This document shows, one piece after another, positions 36,382-45,530 of a stretch of DNA of 46,632 nt (position 1 is its first letter; each line of letters starts with the position of its first letter). The translations under genes were made by a program, and so were the position numbers. This DNA is from Acidimicrobiia bacterium (GTDB lineage Bacteria; Actinomycetota; Acidimicrobiia; Spongiisociales; JAENVV01), in assembly GCA_041577335.1 (NCBI GenBank), contig JBFGJH010000020.1:1-46632 (forward strand), read 5' to 3'. A model generated the notes under the pieces. That model made no database searches, was not told where the DNA came from, and saw only the letters and a program-made list of their open reading frames with translations.

Positions 36382-37689
36382 TCACTTTGTCGTGTACGCG
36401 ACAGTTGGCGAGGGAGCCACCGTCCGATGACGGGCAAAGTCGACGACGAAGAAAGCGAGTCGCACGAGCAACAGCACGCCGATCCCCCACCACACCGTGG
36501 ACAACGATTGTGGTTCCACAACGAGGTAGTAGCCGATGGTCGCCGCGCCGGCCACCACCGTCGAGACGGTCAGCAGCCGAAATCGCGAAGCGCCGATATA
36601 GAGGCCGTCTCCGATGAAGACCAGCGCACCGATCGGCTGCAAGGCCACCAGCAGCGGCAACGCCGATCGGATCTCGGCTGCCGTCGCCCCAGTCGCTCCA
36701 AACCACGCCGGCACGACGGGAAGGAGGGCCGCGAAGAGAGCCGCGATCACAAACCCGACCAGTACCGACCAGCCGGCCAGGCGGTAGGTCAACGCGGTCA
36801 GTTGCTTGTTGTCGCCCTGCCCGACCAGCCGGCCGACCAGAGCCTGAGCAGCCACCGCCAGGGCGTCGAGGATGAGAGCCGTCAGCAGCCACAGCTGGGA
36901 GACCACCTGATGCCCGGCCACGATCGCCACTCCTGCTCGTGCTGCGACGGCGGTGGCGAAAGTGAGTGCGCCAAGCAATGCCATCGTCCGCAGCGTCAGA
37001 TCGCGCCCAACCCGGAGCATGCGAGGAAGCAGCGTGCGCGCCTCGCTCACACCCGCCCAGTCTCGCCACAGAAGAGCCCCGAACCATCCGGCTCCGATCC
37101 ATTGAGCGATCGTTGTCGCAACGGCGGCTCCCGCAAGACCCCAGCCGACCACAAAGATCAGTATGGGATCGAGGACCAAGTTCACCAGATTGAACGCCAG
37201 TGTTATCCGGAGAGGCGTGGCCGTGTCCTGGCGACCTCGGAAGGCGCCGTGGCCCACCAGCATCAGGAGCACTGCCGGCGCGGCGAACGCTCGGATGCGC
37301 AGATAGGCCAGCGCATCGGCTTGGGCGGCTTCGGGGGTCTGCATCACGTCGAGCAGCCACGGCCCGCCGGTCTGAAGCACGATGAATGCCGACAGTCCGA
37401 GCAGACCGGCCAAGATCGCCGCTGCGCTGATCACCCGCTTGGCCTCCGCAGGCTCCCCCGCCGCCTCGGCTCCAGCGACGAGCGGAGTAGTGCCGTAGGC
37501 GAGGAAATTGAAGAGAAAGAACACCACGCCGAAGATGGCCGCATTCACGGCCAATGCAGCCAGGGCTGTGTCACCGATCCGCCCGACGAACGCCGTATCG
37601 ACGAGAGAGACCAGCGGATCAGCCGCCAACGATCCGAGGGCGGGAAGAGCCAGCCGAAGAATCTCGCGGTTCACGCCGGCTCCGCTCAC
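36382..37689 (-). CDS. MATE family efflux transporter (DinF-like)
   Basis: EILRLALPALGSLAADPLVSLVDTAFVGRIG, FRGRQDTATPL, NLVLDPILIF and AGHQV; about 12 TM. GTGA overlap with nth. Confidence 0.9.
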   Translation of the reverse strand: MSGAGVNREILRLALPALGSLAADPLVSLVDTAFVGRIGDTALAALAVNAAIFGVVFFLFNFLAYGTTPLVAGAEAAGEPAEAKRVISAAAILAGLLGLSAFIVLQTGGPWLLDVMQTPEAAQADALAYLRIRAFAAPAVLLMLVGHGAFRGRQDTATPLRITLAFNLVNLVLDPILIFVVGWGLAGAAVATTIAQWIGAGWFGALLWRDWAGVSEARTLLPRMLRVGRDLTLRTMALLGALTFATAVAARAGVAIVAGHQVVSQLWLLTALILDALAVAAQALVGRLVGQGDNKQLTALTYRLAGWSVLVGFVIAALFAALLPVVPAWFGATGATAAEIRSALPLLVALQPIGALVFIGDGLYIGASRFRLLTVSTVVAGAATIGYYLVVEPQSLSTVWWGIGVLLLVRLAFFVVDFARHRTVAPSPTVAYTTK

Positions 37690-38363
37690 ACCATCTTGTC
37701 GGGATACGGGCACAAGTCTGACAAGTAGCAGTCGCCACAGCGGGGACGCCGCGCATTGCACACGTCGCGCCCGAATTGGATCATTCGCATGGAAAGCTTC
37801 GACCATTGACCTTTCGCGAAGAGCGCCTTGAGGTCGCTCTCGATCTTCACGGGGTCGGTCTCGGAGGTGAGGCCAAGCCGCTGCGACACCCTGCGCACGT
37901 GGGTATCGACCGCAATTGCCGGCGCTCCCCATGCCTCAGCCAGCACCACGCTCGCCGTCTTGCGGCCAACGCCTTTCAGCGTGACCAAATCCTCCATTGA
38001 CTCGGGCACCCGTCCGTCGAACCGACTGCACACATCCTGAGCCAGTTCAATGATGGAGCGGGTCTTCTGCCGATAGAAGCCCGTCGAGAAGATCAGCTCT
38101 TCGACCTCGACCGGATCGGCGGAGGCCAACGAAGCGGGGTCGGGAAAGCGAGCGAACAACTCCGGCGTTGCTCGATTGACATTCTCGTCGGTGGTCTGGG
38201 CAGAGATGACCGTGGCAATGAGGAGCTGCCACGGTTCGTCGTAGTCCAGGGCGGTGCCTATGTCGGGATAGCGCCGCTTCCACCGCTGCGCCAGCTTGGC
38301 GGCAAGCGCCCGGTCTTCGCTGGACGGATCTTCTCCGGATGCCCGGGAATAGCCGGTCGCCAT
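37686..38363 (-). CDS. nth: Endonuclease III
   Basis: LLIATVISAQTTD, HhH LKGVGRKTA, VDTHV and the FeS motif C-X6-C-X2-C-X5-C; AAGGAG SD. Confidence 0.96.
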   Translation of the reverse strand: MATGYSRASGEDPSSEDRALAAKLAQRWKRRYPDIGTALDYDEPWQLLIATVISAQTTDENVNRATPELFARFPDPASLASADPVEVEELIFSTGFYRQKTRSIIELAQDVCSRFDGRVPESMEDLVTLKGVGRKTASVVLAEAWGAPAIAVDTHVRRVSQRLGLTSETDPVKIESDLKALFAKGQWSKLSMRMIQFGRDVCNARRPRCGDCYLSDLCPYPDKMV

Positions 38364-38456
38364 GCCTCACTCCTTTGGGAGCCGGGATGCTACCGCCGCA
38401 ACAAAGAACGAGCGCCGGCTACCCGGCACACGACAGCCACCGCTAGGGTGCCGCCG

Positions 38457-39014
38457 GTGAACCTGATGTCAGCTCTCGAGCACCTCGCCACCGTCGAGGG
38501 ACAACTGGTGAAAGTGGATCGCTTTCTCAATCACCGTGTCCTCCCGTCGGTCCTGAGGGATGTTGGTGAACGTCTGGCTGCTGCGATCGGCTCCTCCGTC
38601 GACCTGATCGTCACCGCCGAAGCGTCGGGCATTCCTCCCGCGGCGGCCGCGGCAGCAGCGTTGGACATCCCGTACATCTACGCCAAGAAGTATGTGGGCT
38701 CGGCACAGCGGTATACATTCGGGCGTGAGGTTGCCTCCCCTACCAAAGGAACCGAATACCGGGTGGAGATCGCCCGCCATCTTCTCGAGCCGGGACTGCG
38801 AGTGGCCATCGTCGACGACTTCCTTTCCCAGGGCCGCACCGCCAACGCGCTCGGAGAAATCGTCGAGGAGGCAGGCAGCACCGTCGAGGGAATGTTTTTC
38901 GTCATCGAAAAGGCTTTCGTCGGCGGACGGGCGATGCTGGCCGACCACGGCTGGCCCATCCACTCCCTCGTGGTGATTCAGGCAATCGACACGGGCGAAA
39001 TCACCTATGCCTGA
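38457..39014 (+). CDS. xpt: Xanthine phosphoribosyltransferase-like protein
   Basis: LVKVDRFLNH, TAEASGIP, YAKK, PRPP loop IVDDFLSQG and IEKAF. Start is uncertain (38448, 38457 or 38466). Confidence 0.82.
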   Translation: MNLMSALEHLATVEGQLVKVDRFLNHRVLPSVLRDVGERLAAAIGSSVDLIVTAEASGIPPAAAAAAALDIPYIYAKKYVGSAQRYTFGREVASPTKGTEYRVEIARHLLEPGLRVAIVDDFLSQGRTANALGEIVEEAGSTVEGMFFVIEKAFVGGRAMLADHGWPIHSLVVIQAIDTGEITYA

Positions 39015-39471
39015 CATCGGCCCCTTGGTGGATGCAGTCCGTAGGAAATACGACGACGAGTGTTTCGCCTGTGGGCGAGCAAATCCGCACGGCATGCACC
39101 TCGATGGCTTCGAGCTCGATGCCAACGGTACGGTGTCCGCCCGATTTCAGCCTCGACCGGAGTACCGGGGAACGCTTGGAGTGCTCCACGGTGGGATCGC
39201 CGCAACGGCGCTCGATGAAGTGATGGTGTGGGCTGGAATCCTCAATTTGGGAGTCATGTCCGTCACGGGGACGCTCGACCTGCGGTACTCCGGAACCGCC
39301 GAGGTGAGCGACCATTTCACTGCATCTGCATGGATCGAAGAGCAACGAGGTCGGCGACTGCTCGTTGCGGGTGCGCTGACGGCCCAGGGCACCGCCAAGC
39401 CATCGGTGACAGCATCTGGCCTTTATCTGATATCGGCGGATGTCTCCGACCTGTTGGCGGATGACACCTGA
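39007..39471 (+). CDS. PaaI family hot-dog thioesterase
   Basis: CFACG..NPHGM and LHGGIAATALDEVM; overlaps the xpt stop. Confidence 0.85.
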   Translation: MPDIGPLVDAVRRKYDDECFACGRANPHGMHLDGFELDANGTVSARFQPRPEYRGTLGVLHGGIAATALDEVMVWAGILNLGVMSVTGTLDLRYSGTAEVSDHFTASAWIEEQRGRRLLVAGALTAQGTAKPSVTASGLYLISADVSDLLADDT

Positions 39472-39518
39472 ACCACGTCAGTAGTCTTGGGGCTCCTTGA
39501 CCGACGCGGAAGGTTGCC

Positions 39519-39740
39519 ATGGCAGAGTTCGACGTAGACGCAATGATCGCCCGTTTCCGAGAGCGAGCCGATGCCGTACGTGACCGCGGGCTTCCCCCGG
39601 TTGCCGGCGCTGAGCGTCAGCGATTCATCGAACAAGCAGAGCGTGACTACACGGACTTCATGCTGGTCTCCAACGCCACCTGGAGAACCGAGCAGGGAAC
39701 TCTCATCCTCGAGATACCGCTTGCGGGAACCGACGAGTAG
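39519..39740 (+). CDS. Small hypothetical protein (73 aa)
   Basis: GGAAGG SD, ATG start and protein-like composition (MAEFDVDAMIARFRERADAVRDRGLPPVAG...). Confidence 0.7.
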   Translation: MAEFDVDAMIARFRERADAVRDRGLPPVAGAERQRFIEQAERDYTDFMLVSNATWRTEQGTLILEIPLAGTDE

Positions 39741-39762
39741 CCAACCTGGCCGAGGCGTTTGG

Positions 39763-40020
39763 CTAACGAGCCGAGTCGATCCTCCGTCTGATGACGGCAG
39801 CGATTCGAATCAGCGCAATGAAGGCAAAGATGATGAGCATCAGCACCACCGACAGTTCCACGGCGCGCAGATAGCTCATGTCGCAGCCGCCGAGACCTCC
39901 CGGGCACAATCCGTAGCCGGTCTCACCCGACGCGAGATTTATCAGGACGATCAGCGGCACCGAGGCGACAACGAGCGCCAAGAAGCTGACTGCGAAAAAG
40001 AGAAGCCTGAAGTAGACCAT
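39763..40020 (-). CDS. Small hypothetical membrane protein (two TM helices, Cys pair in the loop)
   Basis: Two long hydrophobic helices flank GYGLCPGGLGGC, followed by a basic C-tail. Confidence 0.65.
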   Translation of the reverse strand: MVYFRLLFFAVSFLALVVASVPLIVLINLASGETGYGLCPGGLGGCDMSYLRAVELSVVLMLIIFAFIALIRIAAVIRRRIDSAR

Positions 40021-40088
40021 TGCGGCTCTCAGGATAGGTCGGGTTGGCAGTGAATCGGTCTATCTCCCAAGACGTATACCCTGGTGGC

Positions 40089-40931
40089 GTGCACCAGAAC
40101 CTGCTGATCGTCTCCGGCAAAGGCGGTGTTGGTAAATCTGCGGTTGCAGCTGCGTTGGCCATCGCCGCAGCACGGCGCGGCCGAAGGGTCCTTGCGATCG
40201 GCATGACCGACAACGGGCTCGCCGCCCACCTCGGGGTCGACACGCTCGTCTATCGCCCCAAGGAGGTGCGTCCGGGACTCCACGGCATGGTCATCGATCG
40301 GCCGGCGGCGCTCGACGAATACCTGCGCCTGCAACTGGGGGTTCCCAAGGTCACCCGCATTGGGCCCATCGCCCGCGCATTCGATGCGCTCGCTTCGGCT
40401 GCGCCGGGCATCCGAGAAATCGTCACCATGGGAAAGGTCCTGTACGAGGCCCGCACCAATGCGTGGGATCTGGTCGTCGCCGACGCACCTCCCACCGGCC
40501 AGATCGGGTCGCATCTCCGAGCGCCACGGACCGTCTCGGAGTTGGTCGGCGCCGGCAAGGTCCGCGAACAGGTGCGGTGGATGCACGACTACACAGCAGA
40601 CCCGGCGCTCACCGGACTGATCCTCGTCACGCTCGCCGAAGAGCTGCCCGTGATTGAAACGGAGGAAACTCTGGCATGGCTGGAGACGGAGGATCTGGTC
40701 ACGGTTCGGGCAGTGCTGACCAATCGGGTTCTAGCCCCCCTCGGGGCTCCTGTGCCCGCCGACACGAGCCGGCCCGTCGGTGCCGCCGCTGCATTGCACG
40801 ACGGCATCTACGCCGAACAGCAACGCTGGCTGGAGGAGTTGCCCGACGGGCTCCACATACCTTTCCTGTTCGGCGCAACAGGTCCTCGCGAAGTCGCCGA
40901 ACGGCTCGCCGATGAGGTGGCGGCAATATGA
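40089..40931 (+). CDS. ArsA/Get3-family ATPase, first subunit (Rv3679-like)
   Basis: SGKGGVGKS, APGIREIVTMGK, DAPPTG and VTLAEELPVIET. GTG lies 6 nt after TACCCT. Confidence 0.85.
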   Translation: MHQNLLIVSGKGGVGKSAVAAALAIAAARRGRRVLAIGMTDNGLAAHLGVDTLVYRPKEVRPGLHGMVIDRPAALDEYLRLQLGVPKVTRIGPIARAFDALASAAPGIREIVTMGKVLYEARTNAWDLVVADAPPTGQIGSHLRAPRTVSELVGAGKVREQVRWMHDYTADPALTGLILVTLAEELPVIETEETLAWLETEDLVTVRAVLTNRVLAPLGAPVPADTSRPVGAAAALHDGIYAEQQRWLEELPDGLHIPFLFGATGPREVAERLADEVAAI

Positions 40932-41962
40932 GCCTGCCCCTTCTCGTGACCGGCGCCGGAGGGGTCGGCAAGACCACCATCTCGGCGGCTCTTGCCATTC
41001 GAGCAGCCGAGGCGGGCCTCGACACGCTGGTACTCACCGTGGATCCTGCCAAGCGCCTCGCTTCGGCGCTGGGGCTCGAGCACATCGGAGGCGAGCCCAC
41101 CGCCAATCCCGAGCTGCCCACCCTATCTGCCGCCATGCTCGACTCCGCCTCCTCGTGGGCTGAGATCGCCCGGCGCCATGCACGACCCGACGTAGCCGAG
41201 CGCTTGGTGAACAACGAGTTCTTCGCGACGATCACGCGTCATTTCCCGGCGAGCCAGTCGTATGCCGCCGCCGAGAAGATGGCCGACTACCTCGATACGA
41301 ATCGCTGGGACGTCGTCGTGGTCGACACGCCGCCGTCAGCAGGTGGCATCGAGTTCTTCACGGCCCCGACCGAACTGACGGATCTCATCGGTGGACGGCT
41401 GTTTCGGTGGATCACCGGTGGCAGCATCCCGGGACGGAGGGAGCTGTTCAATCTCGCCGCCCGGCCTGCTCTGCGAATCGTCGACACCGCCCTCGGCTCC
41501 GACCTCCTCGAGCGAGTGGCCTCGTTTCTGTTTGACCTGCGCACAACCTACGACGGCCTCAGCAAGCGCGCAGTCGAAATCGAACGTCACTACCGCCGGG
41601 CGGTGTCCTTGGTTGTTACGACCGCCGATCCTGCGCCGGTCGCCGAGGCTGCCCGCTTCTTCCGTGCCCTTCCCGAAGTGGCACGGCCGCCCCGGGCCGT
41701 CGTCTTCAACCGGGCTTTGCCGTCGGAATGGGAGCGCGCCCAGCCGCCGCGCGGCGTCCACCCGGCTCTGGCGGCGAACCTGGAAGCGTGGTCACGCGAA
41801 GCACATCGCCAAGCTCGAGTCATGGCTGAGTTTGCGGCACGCTACGAGACAACGGTGGCAAAGGTTCCATGGGAGCCGGTTGCACCGACATCGTTGAAGC
41901 TGCTCTCCGAGTTGGTCGACGGCGTCCCCGGCCTCCAACCGGAGAATCTCACGCTCACCTGA
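40928..41962 (+). CDS. ArsA/Get3-family ATPase, second subunit (Rv3680-like)
   Basis: GAGGVGKTT, LTVDPAKRLASALG, AAMLD, YAAAEK and VVDTPPS; ATGA overlap with the first subunit. Confidence 0.87.
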   Translation: MSLPLLVTGAGGVGKTTISAALAIRAAEAGLDTLVLTVDPAKRLASALGLEHIGGEPTANPELPTLSAAMLDSASSWAEIARRHARPDVAERLVNNEFFATITRHFPASQSYAAAEKMADYLDTNRWDVVVVDTPPSAGGIEFFTAPTELTDLIGGRLFRWITGGSIPGRRELFNLAARPALRIVDTALGSDLLERVASFLFDLRTTYDGLSKRAVEIERHYRRAVSLVVTTADPAPVAEAARFFRALPEVARPPRAVVFNRALPSEWERAQPPRGVHPALAANLEAWSREAHRQARVMAEFAARYETTVAKVPWEPVAPTSLKLLSELVDGVPGLQPENLTLT

Positions 41963-41977
41963 GACGGCAGGGGACGC

Positions 41978-44900
41978 CTACAGAATGGCGTGCTCACCGA
42001 ACAACTCGCGGAGTTCGGCGTAGAGCGCAGTGCGGGGCGCCACCCGATGATCGTCACCGATCTTGACGACCTTGTGCCCGCCGTCGGTTGTCATGTGCAA
42101 CAGAACCGGCGTATCGCCAGGATGGTTGATGAGAACGGCCTTCAATCGCTTCACCGTGTCGGATGACAGGAGACGAGCCGGTACCTCCAGCCGCACGACG
42201 TCTGCCGGGCGCAGCGTCGGCTCCCTGATCTCGGCCGCAACGATCTTGATGTCATCGCCCCGATTGTCAGCGCGTCCTTTCACGGTGACGATCGCATCCT
42301 CTTGCACGAGCGGGCCATATTGTTCGGTGACCTTGGGAAAGCAGAGCACCTCGACCGAGCCGTCGAGATCCTCCAGCTCAAAAAAGATCATCGGCTCACC
42401 CTTGCGCGTGAAGCGCCGGTTGATGGAACCAACGAGACCGCCCACCGTAACCTTGCTGCCGTCGGACGTTTCCGACAGATTCGAGATCGTCGTGGTGGTG
42501 GCCGCCCGCAATGCGCGCTCCACACCGAGCAGAGGGTGATCGGAGATGTAGAGGCCAAGCATCTCCTTCTCGAACGCCAGCCGTGTCTTCTTGTCCCATT
42601 CCAGATCGGAGATCTCCGGAAGCGCCAAGTCCACTTCGCCGTCGTCGCCGCCAAAGAGCGAGAACTGGCCGATCTCTTCGTTGCGCCGCCGCGTCAGCGT
42701 GGACTCGAGGATGCTCTCGAACGACAACAACAGGCCCTTGCGGGCATACCCGAGCGAGTCGAAAGCGCCCGCCTTGATCAGTGACTCCAGCGCGCGCTTG
42801 TTGAGCACTGATACATCGACGCGATTCACGAAGTCGACGAAGTCCGTGAATGAGCCGTCGGCACGCGACTCCAGAATCTTCTCGACGACGCCCTCGCCGA
42901 CGTTCCGGATCGCGGACAGGCCGAACAGGATCGTTCCATCCTGAGCGACGAAGTCCATGAACGAGTGATTGATGTCCGGAACGATCACCTGGATGTCCAT
43001 GCTCCGGCACTCCGACAGGTACAGCGCCGTCCGGTCTTTGTCGCGCTTGGTCGATGTGAGCAGCGCCGCCATGAACTCCGCCGGATAGTGAGCCTTCAAA
43101 TAGGCGGTTTGGAACGCCAGATAGGCATAGGCGGCACTATGCGACTTGTTGAATCCGTAGCCGGCAAAAGGCTCGATAGAGTCCCAGAGGTCGCGGCCCA
43201 GCTTCTCCCCATGACCCTGGGCGATACACCCATCAACGAACTTCTGCTTCTCGGCGTTCATGATGGACTTGACCTTCTTGCCCATCGCCTTGCGCAGCAG
43301 ATCGGCCTCTGCCATCGAGTAGCCCGCCATCTCTTGGGCGACCTGCATGACCTGTTCCTGGTACACGATGATGCCGTAGGTCGGTTCGAGGAAGCGGTGA
43401 ATCGCCGGGTGGGGGTAGTCGACTTCTTGGCGCCCGTTCTTGCGATCGGCATAGTTGTAGTGCATGTTCTGGCCCATCGGTCCAGGCCGGAACAAGGCGT
43501 TGACGGCGACGATGTCGTCGAATGTCTCCGGCTGGAGGCTCCGGATGAGGCTTCGCATCGAAGAGCCTTCGAGTTGGAATACCCCGATCGTGTCGCAGCG
43601 CCGCAACAACTCGAATGTCGCCGGGTCGTCGAGCGGCACGTTGTCGATGTCCACCCGCTCGCCTGTTCGGTGCTCGACGAGCTCGAGACAGCGCTCGATG
43701 ATCGACAGGGTGCGGAGACCCAAGAAATCCATCTTGAGCAGCCCGAGCCCTTCGACCGCCCCCATCTCATATTGGGTGACGATCTCGGTGCCCTCGCCCT
43801 TTTGCTGAATGGGAATGAGCTCAGCGACCGGTTGCGGTGAAATGACGACTGCCGCCGCGTGAATGCTGTCCTGGCGGCGGAGGCCCTCTAGCCCTCGTGC
43901 CGTATCGACGACCCGCTCCACGTCGGGGTCGGAAGAATATGCCGTGCGGAGCTCGGCAGCGTTGGAATAGAAGTCCTTGAGCGTCGGGTCGCCCTCCGGG
44001 TCGGGAGCAGCAAGGCACTGGTCGAGTGTGGCTTCCTTGCCGAGAATCGCCGACGGCATCATCTTGGCGACGCGATCGCCGACTCCATACGGATACCCGA
44101 GCACCCGCGCTGCGTCCCGAATCGCTTGGCGGCCCTTGATGGTGGAAAAGGTGATGATCTGGGCGACGTGATCCGACCCGTATTTCTCGGCTGCATAGCG
44201 GATGACGTCGCTGCGATACCGCTCATCGAAGTCCATGTCGATGTCGGGCATCTCCTTGCGGCCCGGGTTGAGAAAACGCTCGAAAATCAGGCCGTAGCGG
44301 AGGGGATCGAGGTGGGTGATTCCCAGGCAGTAGGCGACGATCGCGCCCGCCGCACTGCCTCGACCAGGCCCGGTGCGGATCCCCTGCTCGTTGGCAAATC
44401 GAATCAGATCCCACACGATGAGGAAGTACGCAGGAAAGCCCATGTCGGCGATGATGCGCAACTCATGCTCGATCCGCTCGGTGACCTCCTCGGACAACAT
44501 CGCGCCGTACCGTCGCTTGGCGCCCTCGTAGACAAGCTCTTTGAGGTACGACCCTTCGGAGTGGCCCGCAGGCACCGGGAATTCGGGTAGGAGAATCTGA
44601 TCGAAGTCGAGTTTGATCTCCGACCGATCAGAGATCAACTCGGTGTTGTCGCATGCCCCCGGGTACAGATCCGATGGAAAAAGCTCGCGCATCTGTCGAG
44701 CCGTCTTCAACGAGAGCCCTCGCCCCTCGAAACGCAGTCGGTTCTCGTCATCGATGGTCGATCCGGTCTGGATGCACAACAGCACGTCATGTGCCTCGTG
44801 GTCCTCATCGGCGATGTAATGCGCATCGTTGGCCGCCAGGAGCGGGGCGTTGATCTTGCGGGAGATATCGACGAGGTCAGGCAGTATGCGGGCCTGCGCC

Positions 44901-45484
44901 TCGATCCCATGGTCGGCAATCTCGATGAAGAAGTTCTCGGGGCCGAAAATGTCCTGGTAGACCGACGCAGCAGCAACCGCTGCGTCGAAGTCGCGCACGA
45001 CGCCGGCGTTCCCTTCCTCACGCGATGCGTCTGGGGCAAGCAACGAGGCAACCTGGCCCCCGAGACACCCGGAGGTGGCAATGATTCCTTCGTGATGCTG
45101 GGCCAACAGCTCGAGATCCATTCGCGGCTTGTAGTAGTAGCCCTCCAGGTAGCTGGCGGAGACGAGCCGCATCAGGTTCTCATAGCCCGTCTGATTCTCG
45201 GCGAGCAACGTCATGTGATAGCGACGGTTCTCCGCCCCGCGAGGTCGGTCAAATCGACTGCCTGTCGTGACGTACGCCTCGACGCCAACGATGGGCTTCA
45301 CGCCCGCCTTCGTTGCCGCCTTGTAGAAATCGACCACTCCGTAGAGAACTCCGTGGTCGGTGATGGCCACCGCCGGCTGGCGGTCGGCCGCCACTGTTCT
45401 GACAACATCGGCGACTCGGGCAGCTCCATCCAACATGGAGAATTCGGTATGGAGATGGAGATGGGCAAACGAGTCCCGGGCCAC
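41978..45484 (-). CDS. dnaE: DNA polymerase III alpha subunit
   Basis: PHP domain HLHLHTEFSMLDG..TDHG..NDAHY, GRGSAAG, PDIDMDF, KMDFLGL, YGFNKSH and an OB fold. GGAGGG SD before GTG 45484. Confidence 0.98.
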   Translation of the reverse strand: MARDSFAHLHLHTEFSMLDGAARVADVVRTVAADRQPAVAITDHGVLYGVVDFYKAATKAGVKPIVGVEAYVTTGSRFDRPRGAENRRYHMTLLAENQTGYENLMRLVSASYLEGYYYKPRMDLELLAQHHEGIIATSGCLGGQVASLLAPDASREEGNAGVVRDFDAAVAAASVYQDIFGPENFFIEIADHGIEAQARILPDLVDISRKINAPLLAANDAHYIADEDHEAHDVLLCIQTGSTIDDENRLRFEGRGLSLKTARQMRELFPSDLYPGACDNTELISDRSEIKLDFDQILLPEFPVPAGHSEGSYLKELVYEGAKRRYGAMLSEEVTERIEHELRIIADMGFPAYFLIVWDLIRFANEQGIRTGPGRGSAAGAIVAYCLGITHLDPLRYGLIFERFLNPGRKEMPDIDMDFDERYRSDVIRYAAEKYGSDHVAQIITFSTIKGRQAIRDAARVLGYPYGVGDRVAKMMPSAILGKEATLDQCLAAPDPEGDPTLKDFYSNAAELRTAYSSDPDVERVVDTARGLEGLRRQDSIHAAAVVISPQPVAELIPIQQKGEGTEIVTQYEMGAVEGLGLLKMDFLGLRTLSIIERCLELVEHRTGERVDIDNVPLDDPATFELLRRCDTIGVFQLEGSSMRSLIRSLQPETFDDIVAVNALFRPGPMGQNMHYNYADRKNGRQEVDYPHPAIHRFLEPTYGIIVYQEQVMQVAQEMAGYSMAEADLLRKAMGKKVKSIMNAEKQKFVDGCIAQGHGEKLGRDLWDSIEPFAGYGFNKSHSAAYAYLAFQTAYLKAHYPAEFMAALLTSTKRDKDRTALYLSECRSMDIQVIVPDINHSFMDFVAQDGTILFGLSAIRNVGEGVVEKILESRADGSFTDFVDFVNRVDVSVLNKRALESLIKAGAFDSLGYARKGLLLSFESILESTLTRRRNEEIGQFSLFGGDDGEVDLALPEISDLEWDKKTRLAFEKEMLGLYISDHPLLGVERALRAATTTTISNLSETSDGSKVTVGGLVGSINRRFTRKGEPMIFFELEDLDGSVEVLCFPKVTEQYGPLVQEDAIVTVKGRADNRGDDIKIVAAEIREPTLRPADVVRLEVPARLLSSDTVKRLKAVLINHPGDTPVLLHMTTDGGHKVVKIGDDHRVAPRTALYAELRELFGEHAIL

Positions 45485-45530
45485 GGACCCTCCGAGCGAA
45501 TTACACGTGTGAGATTCGAACCATACCAGA

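Noticed and set aside
40089..41962. Arsenic resistance operon
   Set aside because: There are no arsB/acr3/arsC/arsR genes and no metalloid-binding cysteines; the pair matches the Rv3679/Rv3680 type.
41978..45484. Intein or split in dnaE
   Set aside because: The length (1168 aa) is normal, the motifs are continuous and no intein signatures are present.
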